64,000 nucleotides of DNA from Chrysomallon squamiferum (Eukaryota; Animalia; Mollusca), in assembly GCA_012295275.1 (NCBI GenBank), contig CM022675.1, positions 8,618,001 to 8,682,000 on the forward strand, given 5' to 3'. Below, piece by piece: positions 13,191 through 28,402 of this stretch. Within the stretch, counting starts at the first letter, position 1. Each line of letters starts with the position of its first letter. The translations under genes were made by a program, and so were the position numbers. The notes below the pieces were generated by a model that worked only from the letters and a program-made list of their open reading frames with translations, was not told the DNA's origin and made no database searches.

Positions 13191-14409
13191 GACTGTGTAA
13201 AAAATCAACTGTTACCAGTTAATGCTTTATTAGTTAAAAATCTGATTTCTAAAAAGAAGATATCAAAATGGATCTTTGAGTCATATCTCACAGAGAGTAC
13301 ATATTAAAATGTATCACTGCTTACACATTTTATGCTCTCTCTCACTCTGTCTCTCTCTCTGTCTTTCTATTTACATTTTTAATATTATGCAAATAAATAT
13401 ATTTTATATTTTATAAGCCAATTTCAAAATATTTTATTTTTATTAATTATTGTTTTTTATTGTATATAATTTAACTGTATTATTTTTTCAGTTATTATTA
13501 AAGCTTTATTTTTGTTATAAAGATTTAGTATTTTGATTTGAATTATTTTATGTTATTGTTTTATTTAATTAATCAGTTTTATTTGGATTTTTGTTAATTA
13601 AGAATTGTTTTTATTTATATGTTAATTAATTTATTAGGTTTTATGTTAATTGATTTATGAGCTTATTTTTATTTTATTTTTTTATTCTTATGAATTAATC
13701 AGTTGCTTTTAAACTATATGGATATTAAAACAGTTCTTTAAGGTTAACCGTTTTCAAGTTCAATTCATCTGTTTTCATTCTATACAAGAAAAAAAAATAA
13801 TAATAAAGAGAAAAAAAAAACAACCTCAGAAAACCCACAGTGACATTTATATTTCATATAAAATACCTTAACCTGTAATTTGGGAAAATTAAATTGTCCA
13901 CCTTTTTCTTTAAAGTCACAGACATTGATTCATTCATCCAGCCATCTGTCCATCCTTCTTTTAAGTTTCGAAAATTAAATCTTTCCGTCCTTTCTTTACC
14001 GATGTACATTTTGTTGATATACGACCAAAAGCTTGTGTGCTTTTTATCCCCTTTTTCAATTATCTTTTTGATGTATTCCCAAGTTGAAAAAGAAAATCCA
14101 AGCATCCTTTCCAGTGCACAGTAATACAATATTGTCAAAGAAAATTAAACTTTTTCTTCTTCTTCTTCTTCTTTTTTTTTTTTTGATTTTGAATTTATTA
14201 TTTTCTTCTTTTTTTTTTTTTTTTTTTTTTCTATTTGTTTTTTCAACTAGTTTTAAGTTTTTTCAAATTTTTTCTTTAAAGTCGATACCATTCATTGGAC
14301 CACAGCTGGTTTTAACCCTTTATGTTTTAAGTATTTGTATATTTCCTTGTAAAACACAACATGAAAAGAAATTGGCTGCAGCTGCTGGTTTATACGTTGT
14401 TATGTAAAT

Positions 14410-15085
14410 GTCATTACTAATCATTATCATTATCTCCTTGCTGTATCCTCTAATCATTAATGATTTGTCTAATAATCAGTAATGCTCTCCATATGATCAA
14501 AATCAGTTTTCCCATTATTGAATAAGATCACTTTCCACTTACCATGATCTCTCTTTTCACTAATCATGATATAGTTCTCTACTAATCAGGATTGATCTCT
14601 ACTAAACTTTCCATTGACCATGATTTTTCCGTCAATTAAGCTTGATCACTAACTAGTCCACTAATCCATCATTCCTTTTCCAACTAATCATGAACGCATA
14701 ACTGATCTTTATTAAATTTTCTGTTAGCCATGATACATTTCTTAAATAATCATGGTAATTCTCTCCATTAATTATGATCATTCACTCTGCTAAATATTGC
14801 TACTCTTCACTAATCTTGATCTTTGCCCCAGAAATCATGGTTGCTTTCCCTTAGCCTCTCCACAAATCATTAATGATCTGTATTAATCATAACTGCTCTT
14901 TACACTAATCATTATCACTGGAGTCCACTAATCACAACCACACATACCACTAATCATGATCACACTTTTGATAATCATGACCACACATACCACTAATCAT
15001 GATAGCACATTCCTTGCTAATCACACACTCTTCCCACTAATGACTATTACTTTCCACATAACCATAATGACTCTGTACTAATCGT
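14410..15085. repeat. Degenerate ~22-25 bp minisatellite (ccactaatcatgat)
   Basis: Periodic cactaatcat motif. Confidence 0.75.
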
Positions 15086-16579
15086 TGCTGAACCGTTTAA
15101 CGATTTCACACAGTGCACTCCCTTGTTTACCCATCTCCATGGAAACAATATGTTTTGATATGTGCCACATCTAACCCCTGACTCTGTAAATTCCACATCA
15201 GGCTTCATGGATCAGCAGTTTAATGTCAGAAATTAGAATGTTTATAGCAGGCTAGGAACGTTTTTTGCTGTTTGTTTATTTTTCTCTCCCAAATCTCTGA
15301 TTGACAAGTCTGATGTCTAATTGACAAGTGGACTATAATATCATCACCAGTTACAGCAGTGTATGTGTAGGTGGGTGTTTGTGTACATGTAATTGAATGT
15401 GTATGTGTGTGTATATATTTATATATATATATATGTTAATCATTTGTGTATATATATATTTGTGTGTGGATATGCATGTAAAGTTTTTGTATGTGTTTGT
15501 GTTTGTGTGCTTATGTATGTTTAATTGAATGTGTGTGTGTATATAAATCATAATTATGAATATGTACGTGTATAATATATATGCTCATTTATATGTTTAT
15601 GTGTATGTATATGTGTATATGTTTTTTGTGTGTGTGAGTGTGTTTGTGTGTATTTGTGTGTGTGTATGTGTTTGTGTATGTATTTAAATATAAATGTTAA
15701 TATATATCTTTTTTTTTAATGTTATGTATTTGAATATATATAATGAATATACTGTAAATTGTGTGTATTTTGTAAAAAAAAAAAAAATAATTATACACAT
15801 ACTGATGTACACATAAATCCTTATATAATACATACATGCATGTGTATTCAGGTGCATTTATGTATGGATGTGTGTATGTATGTGTTTGTAAATATATGAC
15901 GAAGAGCATTTATGTGTTATATCTACATTTTTATCTGTAAAATTTATTTTTTTATCATTAAAAAAAAAAAAAAACAGCAATATTTTAAAAATAAAACTTA
16001 AAGAGTTATCATTGTCATCATCATTTCATGTCAAAACCCCCCCCACCTGAAACTCCCCTTTTTACCACCCCCCAAACAACATCAGTTCAAACACACACAG
16101 GAAGAAGCCCTGTAACCATAACAACGGCCTGGCTAATCATTGTGGTGGAACATTTGTCAGCCCATTTACAAGGACACTGGCTAATAAAATGACCTGGGCA
16201 ATTGAGTAAGTTCATTTCATGGATGATAACTCTAGTTTCATGGGTGATAACTCTTGCTTCATGGGTGATAACTCTGTTTGATGTTATCTGGATTATGGGC
16301 ACTGGGAGGAAACTTGAATAAAGAGTAACGCTGATGTATGGGAAAGTTGTAGCCTGGGGTTGGAAGTTTTTGAGAAAATGGGTGACAGAGGAGTTGGTTT
16401 TTTTCGTCCTGTTTCTCGTTTGTCCCTATTACTGTCTGACCCCAAGTTAGGAGAGTTTTTGACCTACGTAATAATTAGGTGGTAAACAGGATAATAAATT
16501 TTGAAAAAGAAAGGAAACAGAGAAAACAAAAAAAAAAACAGTCCCAAATGTAAAACTTGTAATAAATAATGTTGATTAT

Positions 16580-16591
16580 AATTTAGTAATA

Positions 16592-16644
<53 letters not shown>

Positions 16645-17070
16645 AATGATAATAATAATAATAATATTTAATAAAGAATAAAACAGTTAATAACAAGGCC
16701 CCAAAACTACAACTACCACTATCACAATCAGTGTTAGTACTACCACTACCATCACCACTACAACTACTATTATTATCATTACTATCATCATCTTCTCTAC
16801 TACCACTATTACTACTACTGTTTGTACTACTACTAATAAGACTACCATTTACCACTTCATCATACCCCCACCACCACCACTACTACTACAACTACTACTA
16901 CCACTATGAGTACTACTACTATCATAACTACCATCATATCCTACCACCACCACCACTACTACTACTACAATTACCATCACCACCACAATCATCACTTCTT
17001 CTATTACTACAACTACTACTACTGCTCCTACCAGTAATATACACATCACTGTCGACTCACCACCATTACT
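16580..17070. repeat. Compound trinucleotide microsatellite (GAT, AAT, ACT, ACC)
   Basis: Direct reading. Confidence 0.9.
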
Positions 17071-19256
17071 AACACTTGCTATTGCTGCTCTTAAAAATGA
17101 AACAGAAATCATTGAAAACGTTAATAAATCTAAATTTAACTCTTTCACCGCCAAGTCTTGATGGATAAAATCATTAACCCTTTCCACCCTGCAGTACAGC
17201 TGTCAGGAGTGAGCTTATCAAGCTGATGATCAGGTGTCCAGTCCATCAACAGACCAGGCTTTGTTTTCTTTATCAGACTGAGGAAGTTTACTTAAATCTT
17301 TTCAACAGGTTTCACAATTAGCCACAGGTTTTTTTTTATAATTTATTTTTTATTTTTTTGTATATATATATATAAGGTCTTCTTTTATATCAGCTGTGGT
17401 GGATTTGTTTATTGTTTATAATCTCACTTTTGTGTTTTAAAGTTAATTTTGAAATAGGTTGTGAATGTGTATATGTAGTCTGTAAAACACACACACAGAG
17501 AGACACGCACACACAATGTATTTATCCAGTCTACATACACAGATATATATTTTCAATATATATATATAAATATACATGCATACATACATACATATACATG
17601 AACATATAAACATATACATAAACACATACATATTACACTAGATACATATATGCATACATACTTCACTAGATAAATACAATCATAAACTCATACATACACA
17701 CATAAACACATACATAAACATATCTGCACAAAAAATTATATTTAATATTTCTATGTTCGAATTGACACATTCTGTTGACCAAATTTTTTTTTTCTGTATA
17801 AACAGTAACATAAAAATAACTGTAAATTTAATTTTGATTTTGATTAGAAAAAAAATGAAAGATACTGCATTGTAAGTACCTCATACCCAGGGTTAAATAT
17901 CCATAAATATTTATTGCTAATTCAGTTCACCAGTCATCTGAACCTAACATAATTATATGTCTGTTTTTCCAAGGTGATTGTTTTTAAATATTTTATTTCA
18001 AACACCAATGATAATGACTTTGCAGCTATCTCATTTTTAAAAAATTTAAATAGAAAGAGAAAAAAAGATTTAAAAATTTGATTTTAAAACTTCGATCTTA
18101 TACTGTTAAATAATTTATATTTTATAAATATTATTTTTATTATTTAAAAAATATTGAAAATTTTAAATTAGTTGGTTATTAAAATTTTGCTAATTTAATT
18201 TTTTCTTATTGTTTTTTAGTTTATATATATATATAATTTGTTTATTTTTTGTTTGTTTGTTTTTTCTTATTTTGGTATAAAATTAAAAAAAATTTGCTCA
18301 GTATGCAAAACTGATTTTAGTATATTCATAATGATAGGTGAAAACTGTTAAGGTAATTATATCATAAATTAAATATTTTTTTATTGTATATTATTTTTTA
18401 AAACAGAATGTTTCTCTTGTGTTTATTTTAATGAGTACAATTTTTTAAATTACTTTTGGTTATGAAAACTCAACAGTTGATTATAGTTAAAGTAATTCAG
18501 TATTTTTTAAAATCATTTTTTGTTTATTTATGTTTCAAAATTTGTTATTAATATAAGAGAAGAGAAAATTAAAAAAAATAATAATAATAAAATTTAATTA
18601 ACTGTCAATCATTTTTTTTTTTTTTTTTCTATAATAAATTAAACTGGTAAAAATCTATTTAATACTAAAAGTATTTAATAATTTAAAAAAAAACAAAAAC
18701 AAAGAAACTTTTAAACAGTCTTTACTCAGATTAAAATGAATTTGCAGTATTAAAAAAGAAACAACCAAAAAAAAAAAAAAAGAAGAAAAATGTTGTTATG
18801 GTTACTTTTTCATATTAAATATAATTCCCCAAAAAATAATTTTCAACCTTTTTACTGTTTTTTTTTGTTTTTTAAAAAAAAAAATAAAAAAAATATTCAT
18901 ACTGCTGAATATTTAGTATGAATGGGAAAAAAAAATCTATTAAAAGTAATTTTAACCCAGTTTGATTTAAATTACAACTTTCGATTTTTTTTGTTGTTTT
19001 TTTTTTGTCTTTTTTTGTGTCTGAGTATTTATTAACCATTCTCTTGCTTTTGTTATTTGTTTTTTCTAAGTTTCTGTCTGTCTGTCTGTCTGTGCTATGC
19101 ATAATTATCAGACTTTCTCTCTTTACCTGGATGTATGTCTACCTGTCTCTACTGCTCTCTATAATCATCTGTCTCTTTCTGTCTCTATACTTATCTGATA
19201 TTCTTTCTCAATCAAGATGTCTCTCTGTATATCTCTGTAATTACTAACATTAAGAC

Positions 19257-19294
<38 letters not shown>

Positions 19295-19478
19295 CTGTCT
19301 CTTTCTACCTGTCTGTGCATGTCTGTTATTCTGTCTGTCTCTGTCTCTTTGTTGTCTGGCTTTCTGTCTCAATCAATCTGTCAGTCTCTCTGTGTCTGTG
19401 GGGTTTTTTTTTGTTTTTTTTTGTCAGTTTTATTTACTACAATAATAATTTCAAGTTAATCTTTGATTTTTGTTTCAG

Positions 19479-19575
19479 GTAATTCACAGAATATTCACAG
19501 GGATTAATGGATTTTGTGATTAGATTAATGGATTAACTGGATTTAACCTTGGCTAATCAGCAGTTTTAATTGCAG
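19479..19575 (+). other. Candidate 97-nt exon whose first bases regenerate a donor (recursive-splice-type exon)
   Basis: ttgatttttgtttcAG|GTAATT at 19477-80, and a downstream GCAG|GTAGGT donor at 19576. Confidence 0.35.
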
Positions 19576-20582
19576 GTAGGTTTATAGTTTTATTAAAAAA
19601 AAAAAAAAAATTAATTTTAAAAAAAAGGATAATTTGTGTCCACGTATTTGTTATTGTTACGATTCTTTAGTTTTTTTATTTGAAAATATAAAAAAAATTA
19701 AGAAATAAAAATACTAAAGTATGTAGAATTTATTTGAAAGAATATTTTTGAATGTTACAAAAATCTGTTATATTTTGTTTCTTAATAATTTTTGTTATTA
19801 TTATTTTAAAAGAAAAGAAAAAAATTGAGACGAAAAAGGCAAAATAGATATTATTCTGCAAAATGCCTTACTTTTAGAATCTTATTTTTAATTATTTTTG
19901 GAAAGAAATTAAGAAAAAAAAAAAAAAAAAAAAAAAACAATTTTTATATCAGAATCTAATTTTCAAGAATCATTTTAATCTTAATGTTTATCACTTAAAA
20001 TGAAACAGTTAAAAACTAAAAATTAACCAGGAAACGGGGGGGGGATGAAAAAAACTTAATGATAAAAATCGGAACTGGAAAAATTTCTGGTTTGCGGATT
20101 TTTTAACACTAACTTGGTAACATCTGTTATTTTATGGAGTCTTTGATGTTTCTGCAGACTGAGATTTTGCGAGATTTCCAGTTGAAACATGAGTTCCAAG
20201 TTTCCGTTGACCCATGTTTTGGTAATAAGGCAAAGGTTTTTCTCGTACAAAAACATGGCTGTGATTACAAATAATAGAGCTTGAACTTCAGAAAGGAAAA
20301 AAAAAAAAATAATAATAATAGCAGAATATGTTCTTACTCTTGTAGATATGGGAGTTTGGTCATTAATTTTCATTTTGAGAATTTCTCAAATGTTTATTGA
20401 AATTTTCCCAAAAAATGTTTAAAGAAATGTGTTTTTAAGGAAATTTAAGATAATGTTATCTTTTTCCATTTCTTTTTGAAAATTATTTTTGAATTTCTTT
20501 ATATAATTATTTCTTTATTTATTTATTTATTTATTTACGTTATTGTCATAATAATAATAATAATTATAATAATAATTATTAT

Positions 20583-20645
<63 letters not shown>

Positions 20646-21151
20646 TACTACTACTACTATTATTATCCCTTTTATTATTAACAATAAATTTATATATCTA
20701 TATATTTACTTTTTTATAATTCTTTTTTCTTCATAATTTCACTTTTGTAAAAGAAATTAAAAAAAAAAACATTTAGCCAAACATTTTATATTACTGAACA
20801 TTATTTTATTCTATTTTATTTTTATTTTAAAAAATATTTTTAATCAGTAAATTTATAACCCCCACTCCTAAAAAATACACATTCTTATATAAATTAAATT
20901 TATTTATTTTCTCTCCCTACTTTGTCAGGATGTCATTATTTTTAACAAGCACCATTAAACTGTAATATAGTAAGCAACTGGTACATGCATGAACACCTAT
21001 AAAGAAAAAATTCTTAAGCTAAAAGGTTCAGTCTAAACCCTAACTCTAATCTTTACATATCATATTAACTTAACAGAAGTGAAAGATAAACAGATGTATT
21101 ACACAGGTAACTACTAAATTAACTGAATATTACATATAAAAATACAATTTA

Positions 21152-21197
<46 letters not shown>

Positions 21198-22637
21198 TTA
21201 TTATTATTATTATTTTTATTATTATTACTGCTGTTACTATTGTCATTACTGTTGCTCAAGTATTATTATTATTAGTAGTAGTAGTAGTAGTATTACTGCT
21301 ATTATTATTTTTATTATTATTATTACTGCTGTTATTGTCATTGATGTTACAGTTATTATTACTGTTAATTCTTATTGTTATTGTTACTGTTATTATTACG
21401 TATAATTATTAATTATTACTGTAGTTGTTTTATTGGTACTATTATTATTTTTCTTAATTATTTCTAAACAAAAAGGTTTTATTTCAGTCCTTTTTATTAC
21501 TAATTTTATTAATATGTTTTTCAAATATTTTCAAATATTGTGAAGTAATTAAATTTAGTTGAACAAAATAAAAGAAACAGCAACCTTTTAAGTAAACTAA
21601 AAACATAAAAAAATAAAACTTTAACAGAATACAAAAATTGATAATCTTTAACATAAATAATTAAAAAATAAACATGATTTTAAAATAATATTATGAAATA
21701 TTTGAAATAAAACTGCAAAATTGTTGATAAAAAGAAAACTAAAGAAAATATTCAAAATTTACTGAAAATCCTTTTAAATATAATAAAATAAAATACTGGA
21801 TAAATGTTTTCAAACTTGTATTTTTTCTCAGATGTTAAAAATTTTGTATGTACTTTATGAAATACTAACACTAAAGATGTACCTCAAACCACCAAAAATT
21901 ACTGATGATCCTTGTAAAAATAATAAATAAATAATAAAAAAAAGTATAAATATGTTCAAATTAAATTTGTATCCTGAATTCAGCTTTTTCTACGAACTTT
22001 ATGAAATATTAACACTGTAAAAGATGAACTGTAAAAATATTAGTTATAATCCTTGTCAGTATAAGAGATAAAAAATATCAGATAAATATTTTTCTACTGT
22101 GTTCAGTATTTCCTATGTACTGAATAAAATGCTAACATTGATAGATATGTCTTAATATTATTAGTTTAAAAACAAAACAAAAAACAACAAAAATTACTGT
22201 AGATCCTCATAAAAATTAAGAAAAATAAAATAAAATAAAATAGGATAAATATGTTCAAATTCAATATTTCCTATGCTCTTTCTGAAATGCTAACACTAAT
22301 AGAAATGCTGTATAGTTATTGGTTAATTCTTGTCAGTATAAGAAACATTGACATATTTGCAGCTTTATGCTTGAAAATGTTCTCATATGTGGCTAGCTGT
22401 TGTATGGGAAATCTGACATTCAGTGGAGAGTGAAAAAATAAATAAATAAAAGTCATGACGAAAAATAAAACACTTGTGTCTTTTGAAAAGAAGATTTGAG
22501 AAATGTAAAGTAAATGTCATAATGAGTTTTTAAAAAATAATAATTACAGTAATAAATTATAAATGAATGAATGAATGAATAAAAATGTTCAAAATGATAG
22601 AAATGTTAAAATATTATTTGTTTTTAATTAAAATATA

Positions 22638-22699
<62 letters not shown>

Positions 22700-23504
22700 A
22701 AAGAAAAAATATATTAATGTTATTGTAGTTTTTAATTTATTCAAAATTTTCTGTCAAAACACTGAAAATATTGTTGACTCCAAATTTTAGAATATACAAT
22801 ATATAATGGTATATAAAAAAATACAAAAATCAAATTAGATTTTATAAAAAAAATTAAAGTAATAATAATTTAGAATATTCAAAAATAGTAATTTTGAGAC
22901 TAGAAAATCTAAAGAGAAAAAAAATTGAAAGATGTGGATTTTAAAAATAGTCTGTTCAAATATATTTTTAAATTACTTTTATACTATTCAAAACTGCTAA
23001 AAAATATATGATAATAACAATAATAATAATAATGATAATAATAATAATAATCATAATCATAATAAAATTAAAAACATTATTAATTTAGAATTTAAAATAA
23101 TATTTTCGCGCTGTTCTGAATTGCTTCTAGATGTTATTTATAAAAACACACAAAAAAATAACATTACTGTCATATTTAATTTTATTTTATTCATTCGGAC
23201 ATTTTCTAACTCCTCACTTGAAGAATGAAATTTTATTCTCTCCCTTTCTAACCTGTTTCAAGTAGTCAATATGTCTGCCAATTGTCTCCTTGGCAGCAGT
23301 TGAAGCGAAAACATCAGAACTATTTTGAAAATCTGATTGTAATGGTTTTTGTAATTCCTACATCTTGAAACCGAGAGTTTCTGAATTTGTGAAAATTATT
23401 TGAGAAACCGAGAACAAGTTAAAAATAAATAAAATATTTGTACCAGGTAATAAGTGTGCTTGTGTGCATGTGTTGTTCACTGTTGTATAAATTCTCTTAC
23501 TGAG

Positions 23505-24095
23505 TGGTAAATTTACTATCTTATGGCTTATTTAAATTTATTGATATGGTTTATTTAAATTTACTGATAGTGGTTTATTTAAATTTACTGATAGTGGTTT
23601 ATTTAAATTTACTATCTTATGGCTTATTTAAATTTATTGATATGGTTTCTTTAAATTTATTGATAGTGGTTTATTTAAATTTATTATCTTATGGCTTATT
23701 TAAATTTATTGATATGGTTTCTTTAAATTTATTGATATGGTTTCTTTCAATTTACTGATGTGCTTTCTTTAAATTTATTGTGTATGTTTTTTGTTTTTTA
23801 TTATTATTTACTGATGGTGATTTATTTAAATTTTCCATATATGGTTTCTTTAACTTTACTGGTGTGGTTTCTTAAATTTTTTTTTTAAATCTGCTGAGCT
23901 GGTTTCTTTAAATTTACTAGATAAATTTACTAGATATATTTTGTTTAAATTTATTGTAAAGAGTTTCTTTAAATTTAGTCATGTAGTTTCTTTAGATTTA
24001 TTAAGATACATTTTATTTAAATCTATTGGGTACGGTACCTTTAAATCTGTTTGAAATGGTTTGTTTAAATTTAGTAGCTCAGTTTTCTTTAAATA
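23505..24095. repeat. ~23-24 bp minisatellite (ggtttatttaaatttaYtgata) decaying rightwards
   Basis: Near-identical units at 23505-23760, degenerate afterwards. Confidence 0.85.
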
Positions 24096-25209
24096 TCAGC
24101 AGTATATTTAATACCAATTTTATTTCTGTATATTATTTTTTAAATATTATAAACTCACTGGATATGATTTCATCTAATTAATTGATAGAACTTTTATGAA
24201 AAATATTTCTAAAGCTTTTTAAGAGAAATGTATTTTATTTTTTTTTATAACATTTACCTTATAGATATTTTTAAAATTTGCTTGTTTGGGTATCTTTAAA
24301 TGTTACTGAACATAATTTAAAAAAAAAAAATAATAATAATAATAATAATAACGTGTTTTCTTCAAAATCATTAGAAACATTTTACATAAAATTAACACTG
24401 GAAATTTGTGTCTTAAGATTACACAGATCAATCTTTGTTACATATCTCTTCCTTTTTTGTACCATATCACACTATGCTGTTTCTTCTTAATTTGTTTTTG
24501 TAATTTTTTTTTTTTTTAAATATATTTTTATCACAACCTTTAGATCTCTTTATCACAACCGTAATACATTCTATCCTTTGTGATGAGATCGTTTTATTTA
24601 TTTTTTATTATTATTTTTTTTTTTTAATGAAAATCTGTTCATCACAACCATAATACATTCTGCCTTCTCTGTTGAGATCGCTGTTTTGTTTTTGTTTTTT
24701 TTTTTTTTTTTTTTTTTTTATGAAAATATTTTTATCACAACCTCTAAATGTGTTATCACAGCATCCATAACCACAGATCAAACAGAGGAATGTTAAAATC
24801 ATAAAAGCTGTTAATTCTTTTGCACTCAAACGATGCTAGTGTTAACGGCAGACGGAAATCAGCTCTAACACACTAAGATGATTTTCTTCATAGGGAGCAG
24901 TCTATAACACGCCACAGTCGGTGAATTTATACCTCTTTTACAGCCACTGGTGGCACATTATGATACGTCATAGGACCCCAGAGGCCATTCGATTTATTTT
25001 ACACCCATAAAGTACTTTTCCAAAGTGTCTGAAGTTTTTGGGGATTCATAGCCCAGGCTAGCAGAGTTATTTTATTTTAATTTATTTGCTCAGTAAATGA
25101 TATGTTTTGTTTGGTTTATTTCTTACTTCACCTTAAGCTGAACCTGGGTGCAGGAAGTGAGAGCTCCATTTTTTTTTTAACATTTAGAAGAAGTTTAAAG
25201 AAATTGGGG

Positions 25210-25950
25210 ATATTTGTTTAAGATATGACAACATATTTACATAATTAACTCCTGTTGTATGACATATGGTAGTTATAAAACATTTTAAGTGAAACTTTTT
25301 AACCGAAAAGGCAATTTAGTGGACTTGGTGATGTTCTGAGAAAAGTATTTTCTATGGTTGGAATAGAAAAAAATATATTTGTTTAAGATATGACAACATA
25401 TTTACATACTTAAATTCTGTTGTGCAACTTACGATAGCTATAAAATCCTGCAACTGAAACTTTTTACTGAAAAGGCAATTTAATGGACTGTTGTATTCAG
25501 AGAAAAGTTTTTTGAATGGTTGGAATGGAAAAAAAAAAAATTTGATTAATTTATGTTTTAGTTACAAAATAACGGAAGCAAAACATTCAAGTATTTTAAC
25601 AGATTTCCTTATTTTCAATGAAATAATAACTGATGGTTGTATTTCCTAAGCAAAATTGTCAGTGAAAAAATATTAAGGTATTTGGATTAGAATGGGAAAA
25701 CATAATTAACTAGTGGAAGTTCTTGGAAGGGAATCTTTCACTGAATAAGAATTTTTATAGATTCACTTGTTTCCGTGAAAAGAATTTTAAGTGGTTGGAA
25801 CAAGAAAAAATGTGGCTCACATATTTCATTAATTTAATGTTAACAAGTGGCAGTTAGAAATATTGTAAGTGAAAGGAAAGAAACATTTTAATAGACTCAC
25901 TTTTATCAAGTGAAAAGTATTTTGAGTGGATGGTATGTGAAAAAGATATT
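25210..25950. repeat. ~165 bp tandem repeat with two clear copies and further diverged copies
   Basis: atatttgtttaagatatgacaacatatttacata at 25210 and 25375. gaaaag.attt...ggttggaa recurs to about 25940. Confidence 0.75.
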
Positions 25951-27630
25951 AACATCTCAAAATTTATTTTATTAACCATCTCTGAATAGAAATAAAATTA
26001 TAATTAAAACATAGAAAGCAAAAGTTTCACTGAAGAAAGGTTTTAAAAAACAACTCTTTTACTGTCTACATGTTTATATATCTTTCTTTCTCAATATCCA
26101 TCCATTCTTAAGTCGATTTGTCTTTTTATCCATCCACCCATCTATATTTGTCCATTCCTCTACCCATTTATCTATCTATATATCTGTATATCTATCTGTC
26201 TATCTATATTTATCCAACTGTGTGTCTATCACCATCTATCCATCCATTCTTCTGACTTTTGTCTTTTGGTCCAATTGTCCATCTATTCTGTCTGTTCATC
26301 AATATATCTACCTGTCTGTCTATATATCTGTCTCATTCTCTTTCCCTATCTCTCTCTATATATTATCTATATCTGTCTACCTGCAATCTCTTTGTATCTA
26401 TCGATCTACATTTCTATCTGCATCTCTATATCTTTCTATTTCACATTTAGTCATTAATCTTTCTTCATCTCTCTCTCCACCTTTTGTTTCTCCCTTATCT
26501 ACATTTTTTTTCTCTCACCTTCTTGTTCTCCTTTTGCCCTCCTCCTTTCCCACATCCCATCCCTAAAAACAACAACATTTAATGACCTTAACCAGAGTGC
26601 CATCATTTTCAGAATGAAGTACATTACCAATTATACAGCGTGGAGTCATTAGTGTGTGTGAGTGTTGAGACTAAACAGATATATAATACTAATTAATGTT
26701 TTTAGTGCAAACAAAACACAAACAGTTTAGTTACAAACATCTGGTGCATACACTGGTTATGGGTCTGATGTGTCAGTGAGGATGGACAGCCATGTTGGGT
26801 GTTCGTTGCATTTCATCATCGTTAGAAAACCAGTCCATGTGGAACTAATTGCATTAACTGGTCCTCTGCTGACACTTTGACCAGGCTGCATCCTGTTGTT
26901 AAAGGGGATCAGTCACAGAGAACCAGTGAAGCATTTTAGATACCAAAATTTAGGGACCACCATATATTCTGACTTTTTCTTCTTTCTTTTTTTTTTTCTT
27001 TTTAGGTTAAATAAAGTTAGGTTACGTGAGAAAAATAAGAATTTACAAAAAAAATTAAAAATCTGAATATTTTATCTTTTTTAATCATTTATTTTTCAAT
27101 TCTGTTCTTTTTTTTCTGTACTGATATTTCTAATCATGTTTGTTCTTTGCTTTTTGTTTCTTTCCTTCTTTCCTTCAATTCTTTCATCCTTTCTTTTCTT
27201 TAAAAAAAAAGATCTCACTGTATCCTGGATATGTTAAAAGTCACATAAACTACCACTTTCTCCTTCTTTAGTCTGACTAAACAGTGTGTTTTATGGTTCT
27301 TTAAGAACTTTGCACATAAGTTTCCTAGAGTACATGGAAATTTAATACAGCACAAAACATCTTGGTTCCACTAGAAATTACTTTCAAGAAGAGACAAGTA
27401 GCTTTTTGCAAATCCAATTAAGTTATGTCTGCTTCTTTATTATTATTGCAATCACAGAAATAACTCTTCTCTTCTGAAGAGGGCTTCAAGGGATGTTACT
27501 CTAATGAGGATGACCTCGTTCATTTGTAATTGAAACTATTTTCCTGTGAAATAATTACAGTCATATATCTTCTCTTTTTTCATCTTTTTCTTTCTTTTTT
27601 TTTTTTTCTTCCTCTATTTTTTCCTTTCTG

Positions 27631-27675
<45 letters not shown>

Positions 27676-28333
27676 TCAGTTTCAAACTACTCAAAATATA
27701 TTGTGTGGAGACTTTAATTTCAAATACTTTTAACTTAGAACAATATAATATGAACATTTTTTTGTATAATTCTTACATTTTATATTTTTAAATATGTTTT
27801 TAGTGTGATTCTGTGTTAAGATTGGTGTGATTATGATTCCCTTGTTGCATGAATAAATGAAAAATAAATATTTTAAAAAATAACAAATACGGATTTAAGT
27901 AGACAGCTGATGACTCATGCTTTTATGTAGATCATATAAAAAATAAAAATAAAGTCACGACCTGTTAGAAATAAATAAAGTAATTTTTTTAAAAGAGAGC
28001 AAAAAAAAAACAACAACAAACAAACAACCAAACAACCCTGGAAGGGTGAAAACCTATTTTTAAAAAAATAAAAAATAGAGAAAATATAATTAAAATAAAA
28101 ATAATAAGAAAATCAGATGAAAAGATGATTATATAAACTTCCTTCAAAGAAAAATATGAAATCTTCTAAAAAAAAACAACAACAATATTTTAAAAGAAAA
28201 CAATCCAAAAAGGGATTAAGAAAAGATGATAAAGAAAGAAAAGATAATATAAAAAAAAAAATTAAAAAAAATTTCAGAAGTAAAATAGACTTAAAAATAG
28301 TCCAATCCATATATAGAAAAAAATCCCAAATTG

Positions 28334-28400
<67 letters not shown>
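28334..28400. repeat. Long poly(A) tract
   Basis: Direct reading. Its length may be affected by assembly error. Confidence 0.9.

Positions 28401-28402
<2 letters not shown>

Noticed and set aside
24941-24955. gccactggtggcac as a CTCF site
   Set aside because: The spacing does not fit the CCASYAGRKGGC consensus.
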